Assembly (NCBI RefSeq): GCF_009914755.1
Contig: NC_060928.1
Reading direction: 5' to 3' (one strand)
Length of the DNA stretch: 64,000 nucleotides
Source: the human T2T-CHM13v2.0 reference genome, Homo sapiens
Of this stretch, positions 38,447 through 64,000 are shown piece by piece. Position 1 is the stretch's first letter. Each line of letters starts with the position of its first letter. A program made the position numbers and the translations under genes. The notes below the pieces were generated by a model that saw only the letters and a program-made list of their open reading frames with translations, searched no databases and was not told the origin of the DNA.

Positions 38447-41400
38447 GTGAGTTCTGACGGTCTCAGGGCTCTGGTCCAGCTGTGGCCTGGGTGGGGTGGG
38501 TCACATTCAGGCCCCCAGGGCAGCCCCCGTAGCCTCACTGCCCCATACACACATGCTCCTTTTGCCACCACTTGTTTTGGGGTTAACTGTCCACCATGCA
38601 CAACTTGAGATACAGTAGCCGGCTCTCCTTTGCGTGCTCTGTGGGTGCTGGGGTGGCGGTGCCATGTGTTGGAGTCCCTGTGAGCAAGGATGTTACAGCC
38701 TAAAGCAGCACAATTAAACAAGGGAGCATGGGCCTGGGCAGCCCGGCGAGGTGTCTGACCCAGCCTCAGAGGCTGGGGGGGCTTCCTGGAGGAGGCAGCC
38801 GCAGGGCTTCATCTTGAAGAAGGGTAGGAGAAATCAAACCACAGGACAGGGAGAGCTCCCAGCAGAGGGGAGCATGCTAGAACCCCAAGGGGACATCAAA
38901 ACCCTCGAGAGCCGCTGGGGCTGTGGTGAGGACTCGAGCCGTGGGATGGGGCGGGCACTGTGCTCCAGGAGGCGCAGAAGTGAGGGCTCTGGGCAGTGGG
39001 GTAGCTGTGTGGTTCAGGCAGGGTTTTGGGGCCTCAGAGTGAAGGGTATAGGCAGGAAGTGGCTGGCAGAGGCTGGGGGCGGGGCAGGGCGTCCTGACTG
39101 AGGGGTGACTACTATCGTGAGGCTGAGGTCACCCAGAAGCAGGCAGGTGGGAGGTGAGTGGGGATGGCTGAGAATGTGTCTAAAATGACCCCCTCGCTGC
39201 CCCAGAGAGCCAAGGTCTCCCTAGCACTCAGTGTCAGAGTGGGGACTCTGTGCCCATGTCTGCTCCCCTTCCAGCACAGCTCACACCGAGGGTGCTGGGG
39301 ACCCCAAGAAGGGTCCAGGATGTCACAGGGAAGGCAGCCTGCGTTCGAAGAAGCTTCTGCTATTTTTTTCCCAAGCGTTTTCAAGAATCACATAAATTGC
39401 ATATGAGCACAGATGCCCAGTGAGAAGCAGGCCTCAGAAAGAGGGTTGAGCTGCAGCAGCAAGGAGAGGTGAGGGCGCAGCACCGTACAGTTGGCGCCCA
39501 CCCACACAGGGCAGCCGGTTCTGACACCAGGCCGGGCGGCAGACGGGGCCGTCCCATTTTATAGATGGAGTTGAGGTTCTGGCCTGGGGTCTCTGGGCCA
39601 CACACAGGCTTGTGCTCCAGGCTCCCAATGTCTGCGAGCCAGCCAGAGGAGGAGACAGAGGGTCAGAGAGTGACATGGCCTGTCTGGTGTCGCCCAGATC
39701 TGCTTCTTCCCAAGCCCTCTGTCCATGAGCCCCCTCCTTTCTAGAAAAATCAGGAACCTTCCTCCAAGTAAGAATCGAGCCAACTCCCTGGGGCAGCAGC
39801 CGCTGAGATAGGAAAGAAACAAAGCCCCACACAAAGTAAAATGGAACATTCTGCCATTTGAGTTTCTTTCTGATGGCTGTGCCGCAGCCCTGCACCACCT
39901 GTGGCGAGTCCCATTCTTCTATGAGCTCTCGCGCCAGGCCTGTGCACATTGCATTTTGCGGCTGTCTGATGAACATGAGGTTGAAGGAGCCTCGGATGTG
40001 GCTGGCATTGCTCCTGGATATTACACATGAAGTCTTGGGATATGAAGATTTACAGCAAGCGTGGACCTTGGAAGGCTGGGCAGCTCGCTGGCTGGCTCTT
40101 GAGACGGACGTCTTACAGGAGACCTGGGCGCGGGCTCCTGATAAGGATCAAGCCTGTCGTGGCCAATTGAGGCTTTTTTCAAAGTGATCCTGGCCAGGCC
40201 TCGGGTGGGAGTCTACATCACCTGGGGCGAGGGGAGGGGCGGCGTGGCAGCTCTCTTTCCCCACCAGAGAACCGCATGTGCCCTGTGTTTCATGAAGGTG
40301 ACCCGTGGGCCCAAGAGCAGGGACAGAAAAAAAATCCGTCCACTGCAGGCTGATGCTGAGGGCCTCCTGTAAGAGACCCTCCTGGGAGAGCCCCTGCTCT
40401 CGGGTGGGGCTAGGGGAGGCAGAAGTGAGACCAGGGCTGGCAGAGAGGAAGACTGGGGCCGTGGGGCCCTGGGGTAGGCCCCCAGTGTGGCTGGTCATCA
40501 GGGAGGGCTTCCTGGAGGAGGAGGAGTGTGAGCTGTGTTTTGAAGGGAGGGAAGGAATCGGCCCGGTGAGGGGCTGGTGAGGGTATTCTTAGCAGAGAAG
40601 GCTCAGATGCTGTCTGGGGGTGAGGAGGAGCCACAGGGTGGGGTGGCTGAGGGGCATGGTGGCTTCTCGAGCTGTCCAGTTTCTCTTCATCACCTCTCAT
40701 GCAGGAAAACCTTACTTTTTATGCTCTCCCTCCCGCTAAATGCGAGTCCATGAGACATTGTTTCAGGAGTGCGGTTCCATTAAGCAGCGAAGTGTGGACA
40801 AGAGCATCCAGGGTGGGGGTCACGAGCCCCAGAGGGCAGGGGGCAGTGGCTGTCAGTCCCTCTCCATCGCGTCAGGAGGGCTGGGACCCCTTGATGTGCT
40901 CATCATGGATTCCATGTGCTCTGGGTTCCCGAGATCCCTGTGGCACAGAGATAAGTGCTAGCATGTGCTTTGTGGAGCTAGACTGGGTGCCCACTCCCCT
41001 CTTTCAGCCACCTGCACCACTGACAGCTGGGCGTGAGCCTGGAACAGCAGTTAGGTGCCACAGGGTCTGAGCTCACGGGCCGCGTGTGTCAGGCCAGTCG
41101 GTTTCTGCATCGGTCACGGCGGGGGTCAGCCGCGGTGGGATTAGAGTTCACATGCTTGCTGAAATCATCGGTCCTGCAGAAGCCAGAGCTGCTTTGGCCT
41201 CATGAACATTTTACAGCTGAGGAAACTGAGGCACCCAGAAGCAAAGGTTTGTCTGAAGTGAACAGTCCCTACGGCAGAGCTGATTTTCTGGCCCAGAGAA
41301 AAACCAGCCCCTCTCGGGCTAATGTCCCGGGGCCAGGGAAGGAGGATGCTCCTGTTGCCAGGGCTGCTTCCTGACCCTGTGGGCCCAGGCTCTTTGCTTC

Positions 41401-42277
41401 TGTGGACTCCTCCCTCCATATAAAGTATTTAAAATTATACAACAGTCGACATAAAGATGAATATATAGGAAAACAGTCTCTCCAACCTAAAATGTTTTGC
41501 TTTTATCCTGATTTTAAGAGGAGCAAGATCATTTTCATAGTTTCTGGAAGCACAGCAGGGCCTGGCTGGGAGCCCTTTCCCTTGAGAATCTGTTGCTGCT
41601 GAGCCCCGTGCAGGGCCCGGGCAGGGGGCAGCCTCGCTGGACGGACTCCTCTCCCCACAGGCATCCTGGTCCTGCTCAGCATGACCTTCAGCATCCTTGG
41701 ACCCCACGTTGTTTTCTGCTGACTAGAGCAGGGGCCGTGTGGGTGGTTTGTCATCAACTGTTTTACAAGAAATGTGGACAGGATCAGGCAGCTTTGGGAG
41801 GGCTTTCCAGGGTGAAAACGTTGGAGCTGTGGGCGTGCAGGGAGCTTGTGTGTTCAGGACCAGTTCGTGCCAAGGCCAGGCAAGCAGTAAGAAGGCAGGG
41901 CGTGTTATACACGTGTACGATGAAGAAACCGCGCTGCTCGAGCGAGGGTCCGAGCACTGTCCTCGTCCTCTCCCATGCCCACGCCACCTTCAGGAGCCTC
42001 AGCTCAGAGGGACCCAGGGAGTCCCGCTGGGGCTGGGAAGGCAGGGAAGGAATGCCGATCAGGCGGAAGAGTGGCAGGAAAGGGTTCTCTGCTCAATGCC
42101 CATAGAGATGGAGTCAGCCAGGCCTCGGGTGAGATGCAGGGTCATTCAAAAGCCCAGAACGTGCTCGGGTCAATTGCCAGGGAGGAAACTGAGGCCCAGA
42201 GAGGGGAGTGACTGACTCGTTAAAGATGGCAGAGCGAGGGCTGGCAGAGTGGGGCTCTGTGGGGTGGTTCCCCCTAG

Positions 42278-42697
<420 letters not shown>

Positions 42698-43209
42698 TGA
42701 TGGTGGATGCATGCTCTGTATTCCTAGGAAAATGCCGCCTCCTCCAACATTGCCGGGGAGAGCCACCTCCACCCCTAAGCCTGTTTGTTTCTATCCCAAA
42801 GTTCATACCCTGTTGATAGCTGGGGTGTCCAGCCCTGTGCGGGCTCTGGCTGTCCTTACAGGAATTTCACAGCCGATGAAAAATGACGGTATGCTGTGAT
42901 ATGTGTTACCTGGCAGAGATGTGGTCCAGAGAAGAGGGGGACTTTTGCTAACTGTGGGGTGGGTATGGGGGGTGGGAGTGGTCATCGAAGGTTTCAGAGA
43001 AGAGGGGTGCCTAAGCAGGGTTTTGAGGTATAAATAAGAGTTTGACAGAGAAAAGGGGTGGGAAGGACGTTCCAGGCCCACACAGAGGCAAGTACACATT
43101 TGGCGCCTGCCTCCCATGCTAACCTCTCCCCACTCATATCCATCACCCATCACCCCGTGGCTGGGTCTGCAGTCCTCGTGAGAATCATTTTTAATCTATT
43201 TGTCCACAG

Positions 43210-43565
43210 CCCCAGATGGTGACTACTGGAGACTGCTGCCCCCAGGTATCCACATTGTCATTGCCCAAGCCCCTGGCTACGCCAAAGTCATCAAGAAAGT
43301 CATCATCCCCGCCCGGATGAAGAGGGCTGGCCGTGTGGACTTCATTCTGCAACCTCTGGGGATGGGACCCAAGAACTTTATTCATGGGCTGCGGAGGACT
43401 GGGCCCCACGACCCGCTGGGAGGTGCCAGCTCTTTGGGGGAGGCCACGGAGCCCGACCCGCTCCGGGCGCGCAGGCAGCCCTCGGCCGACGGGAGTAAGC
43501 CCTGGTGGTGGTCCTACTTCACATCGCTGAGCACCCACAGGCCACGCTGGCTGCTCAAGTACTAG
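43210..43565 (+). CDS. CPZ: CPZ coding exon 11 with stop; spliced CDS 1959 nt = 652 aa
   Basis: APDGDYWRLLPPGIHIVIAQAPGY...RPRWLLKY*. Confidence 0.96.
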
Positions 43566-43677
43566 CCCCGGCCCCAGCACCCGCCAGGATGTGGAGACCG
43601 AGGCCCGTCTCCGCATCCCGGGCTCCTGGCTCTTGATTTTGTCTGCCACAGACATCCCACAAAGCCGCTGCCATTTT

Positions 43678-43683
43678 ATTAAA
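43678..43683 (+). terminator. CPZ poly(A) signal ATTAAA
   Basis: ttttATTAAAgtgtttt, 113 nt after the stop codon. Confidence 0.7.
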
Positions 43684-44349
43684 GTGTTTTGATCCACTTT
43701 CCACTGGAATGAGAGGATCTGTGTAAGGCACTTTCCAGGGAAGGCTGGGGACTGACCCTTGTTGCCTGAGGGCAGCTGTGGCCTGGGCCCCACAGGGCAA
43801 TCCCGGGCAGCTATCCTGCTGCCCACAGGTCCGGATTGCAGGCCCGAGACTCCAGCCTATCTGTACTGGGCCAGGTGGACTAGCTGGCTTTTCCCAGACC
43901 ACCAGGCCTTGAACTGACTTCAGATGGGAAACTGAGGTGGGCCAAGGGTGTGAGCATCTGTAGGAGCTGAGCTCCGGATCCTGCAGCTGAAGCTCATGTG
44001 TCCTGGAGTGTAGAGAAGGAGGGGCACTGAATGGGAGGATGGGGGTGGGCAGGAGGTGACCCCAAGGTAGGGTCAAGAGCTCAAGGGCGGGAGAGCTGGC
44101 CAGAGCCTGGGGCCTCATGGCATGATCGGGGGGACCACACTCAGGCTCACAGGCTTCCAGGGGGGCCTGGCTCCATGGGCGTGGATATTCCTGGGACCTC
44201 CCTCATCCTGATCATGCTACTTGGGTCCAGGGACCCTCTCCTGTCCCCTCTCTCACCATCGAGAAAGTCTGTCAGCCCCGGGATCTTCCAGGAAGGGGTC
44301 CCGTAGCCTGAGCAGAGAATGCAGCAGAGAAGGCACCTGAGCCGGCCAG

Positions 44350-44705
44350 GGCTGTGTCAAAAAGCAGCAGAGACCTGGCGCTTCAACAGCAGAAGTGTGT
44401 CCTCCCACAGTCCTGGGGGCTGACGTCAGAGCCATGTCCCCAGGGCGGGCTCCTTCTGGCACCACGCTCCCTGGCTCTTTGGCGGTCATCTTTCCCCCAC
44501 TCTTCCCATCATCATCCCTCTATGTGTCTCTGTCCACATTTCCTCTTCTTGTATTGGGCTAGGGCCTAATATAAGACCCTAGCGACCCTCATTTTAATTT
44601 AGTTACCTTTACAAAGATGCTACCTCCAAATAAGATCACACTGAGGACCTGGGGCTAGGACTTCAGCAGATGAATTTTGTGGGAGGGACATGGTTCAGCC
44701 CCTAG
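44350..44705 (-). mobile_element. MLT1-type MaLR LTR fragment (present in every unit)
   Basis: ctccaaataagatcacactgaggacctggggctaggacttcagcagatgaattttgtgggagggacatggttcagccc matches the reverse complement of an MLT1 5' end. Confidence 0.65.
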
Positions 44706-45256
44706 GAGAGGGCAGCATCTCCCATACAGTGGCTCCTCACGTGCTCCTGGCTGTGCCATCGGCCCCCCTGGTTTCCAGAGCTCCAGGCCTGGGCAGGTCC
44801 CTCCATGGAACTGGGCATCCACTCTGAGCAGTGCCTTGACCTCAACTGAATGACAGCATGGTCCCCACCAGCACCCTCAGCCTCGTTCCATTGCCTCCTG
44901 GCAGCTATGCCCTGAGGCGAAGGCCTCGGGGTTCCCAGCTGAAGCCCAGAGGAGCAGGCACACCCCCGGCGCTGGGTGGCGTGCTCTCGGGGGAAGGCAT
45001 GGGGAGGGCTCAGGCAGCCTACAGCCCTCAAGTCTTACACTGGCACAACAGCGCTTGGTTTGCGGAGCAAGAATGATCTGGAGTGTTTGGGGAACATCTC
45101 ACAGCCTCCTGAGCCCCTGCATCCTACATTCACCCATGCGCCTAGTGCCTTGAAGGTTTACATTTATTTGGCTCCACTGCATACAGGGCACCGTGCAGGG
45201 GTCCTCTGAAACCCCGGGAGGCCCGTGGAGCAGACCTCTGCTTCGTGCTTTGCTGA

Positions 45257-45963
<707 letters not shown>

Positions 45964-46075
45964 CCTTGTCATTTTGCTAGAACCTGCACAGTCCTTAGTG
46001 ACGTCCTTGCCTCTGGCAGGATCCCCTGGCTGGGCCCTGCTGCCCCCCTCACTTTCCTCAGTCCCTGCTTTCCAG

Positions 46076-46489
46076 TGTGAAAGCTGTCAGAATCAAAATG
46101 GAGACACTTGTCTTAAACAAAACAAAACAAAACCCCAACCAATAGAGCTGGGAACAGCCCTGACGGTATTCCCCATAAAACCATCACAGAAGACAGCAAA
46201 CACCACAATCGTGAGCAAAGTCCATCACAACCTCACAGAAAAAACACTTCTGTGAGGACACCTGCCCAACCTCAGACTGTTACCACCCGTGTTCTCGATT
46301 CCTGTGGCAAGGATAAATATCCCAAAACAATTCTGTGATTCTCTTCACTTTGCCATTAAAGCCTCTGTGCTTTTACCTCCCTGAAAACGCACAGCGGACT
46401 CCAGCATACGTATTTGCACGCAATGCCCGACTCCTGAACGAACCTCGTTTTCATTTGGAGAGCCTCTCTGGCGGTGGTTCGGGTGGACG
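46076..46489 (+). mobile_element. MER65-like ERV1 solo LTR (present in every unit)
   Basis: 5' tgtgaaagctgtcagaatcaaaatggag, 3' ggagagcctctctg...gggtggacg; possible 4-bp TSD ccag/ctag; family assigned from recall. Confidence 0.6.
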
Positions 46490-46622
46490 CTAGTGTGGAC
46501 ATGGCATTGGGAAAACGCTGCCTGTGCACCAGGGCTGCCTGTTGCTCCAGGGGTGCTCACTGCTTCCAGGCCCGTCCGTGGACAGAGCTAGATATCCAAT
46601 TGTTTTTAAAGGGAAAACACAA

Positions 46623-46925
46623 GGCCAGGCGTGGTGGCTCACACCTGTAATCCCAGCATTTTGGGAGGCCGAGGCCGGTGGATCACCTGAGGTCAGGAGT
46701 CCAAGACCAGCCTGGCCAATATGGTGAAACCCTGTCTCTACTAAAAATGCAAAAAAAAAAAAAAAAATAGCTGGGCAAGGTGGCAGGCTACTCTGGTGGC
46801 TGAGGCAGGAGAATGGCTTGAACCCAGAAGGTGGAGGTTGCAGTGAGCTGAGATCACACCATTGGACTACAGCCTGGGTGACAGACCAAGACTCTATCTC
46901 AAAAACAAAAACAAAAATAAAAAAC
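46623..46925 (+). mobile_element. Alu in macrosatellite unit (small internal deletion)
   Basis: ggccaggcgtggtggctcac...; long A linker that varies between units. Confidence 0.9.
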
Positions 46926-47639
46926 ACAGAGGGTTCCTGTTGCTACTTCCAATTCCAAACCAGAATGACCTTCTCCTGTGCAGAGAATCCCAGATTTCAG
47001 GGCAAAGGAGGGGAAGGACAAAGTAGAAAGTCACACAACTGTGCCTGCTTGATCCAAAGCACACACGACAGTCTCACAGCCCAGTGCTAGTCCGCTACCC
47101 ACAGTGCAATCACTGCAAACAGCTCCAGTTGTTTCCTCAAGTTCCTTTGGTTCTGGGATATAACCCACTAGGGCTATATGTAAGCTCCGAGGATTGGCTT
47201 TTAATATTCCTGGCAGCTGAGAAGAACAAGGTGCCGTGAAGAGCCACAGCCCCTCCAGAAACTGCACCTGGGCAGCGGGCCGTGTGGCCACAGCTGAGAC
47301 CCTGAGGAGTGGGTCCCCAGGGGACTGGTCTCGGGGAGAGGGGCTGCCTCTTAAAACACGACGATGGACAGACAGATGGATACGTTCAACAGCAGCATGA
47401 ACAAGTTCTACAACTAGAAATCATTATTTGTAAAGGAAAAACCCATTTACGAGTTGAATCAGAGGAGAGGCTCGTGTCTCTGAGTTCTGAATTCATGTGG
47501 GGAGGAACAAATAGAGGAATTACCTGAAACGTAAAGCAAAAATACTGCCTCGAGGAAGTTATGAGGGAAAAGAGATTTTGAGAACAGATCCAGTAGCCCC
47601 ATATGCAAATAATAGGGAAATAAAATATAATAGAAAAAA

Positions 47640-47985
<346 letters not shown>

Positions 47986-48237
47986 TCAGAGGAAAGGGCT
48001 CTGCCCTGACACTCTATACCCCAGCATGGATAATAATAATAATCAGTGATATAATAATAGCCGATGCCCATGGACAGTTTTCCCTATCCAGGCACAGCTT
48101 CAGTGTTGTCTGAGCTTGTTTAATTTGTTTCCTCTCCTTAAGGAGAAACATATTAGAATTATCTCCATCTCACAAGCACAGACAGGTCAAGTGACTTATG
48201 CACCATCACACAACCAGGGTTAGAAACCAGAAAACCG

Positions 48238-49285
<1,048 letters not shown>

Positions 49286-49288
49286 GCC

Positions 49289-49711
<423 letters not shown>

Positions 49712-49828
49712 TTATACATGAATCAATTCAGCAGGTAACTCTATAAAAGCCAAGTTATTTAGAAATATAAGAACTTAATAAAAGCAGGATCCCAGATGGT
49801 CCCATGCTGGGTACCATCTTCAGAATCA

Positions 49829-64000
<14,172 letters not shown>

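Noticed and set aside
47350-47635. L1/HAL1 ORF1-like remnant (and ORF2-like remnant at 49190-49790)
   Set aside because: Resemblance is by eye only and too degenerate to give a family or boundaries without RepeatMasker, so not listed as a feature.

Overview
Primate (human-like, Alu-rich, GC-rich) genomic DNA with two complete spliced protein-coding genes on the + strand, followed by a large tandem array. (1) GPR78, an orphan class A GPCR: 3 coding exons, 4844-11225, splicing to 363 aa. Its CpG-island/TATA promoter leads into a 5' leader with a near-perfect REST/RE1 site and a uORF. (2) CPZ, carboxypeptidase Z (Frizzled CRD + M14B metallocarboxypeptidase): 11 coding exons, 16695-43565, splicing to 652 aa, all introns GT-AG and in phase. 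This gene order matches human 4p16.1 from recall. (3) About 0.5 kb after the CPZ poly(A) signal, a head-to-tail macrosatellite with a ~5.63 kb unit begins (unit starts 44195, 49829, 55464, 61101) and runs off the window end. Each near-identical unit carries an MLT1 fragment, a MER65-like solo LTR, five Alus, old L1-like remnants and a CpG-rich segment, but no credible long ORF. Repeat family names are by-eye recognitions, not database results. Almost all entries in the ORF track are spurious.
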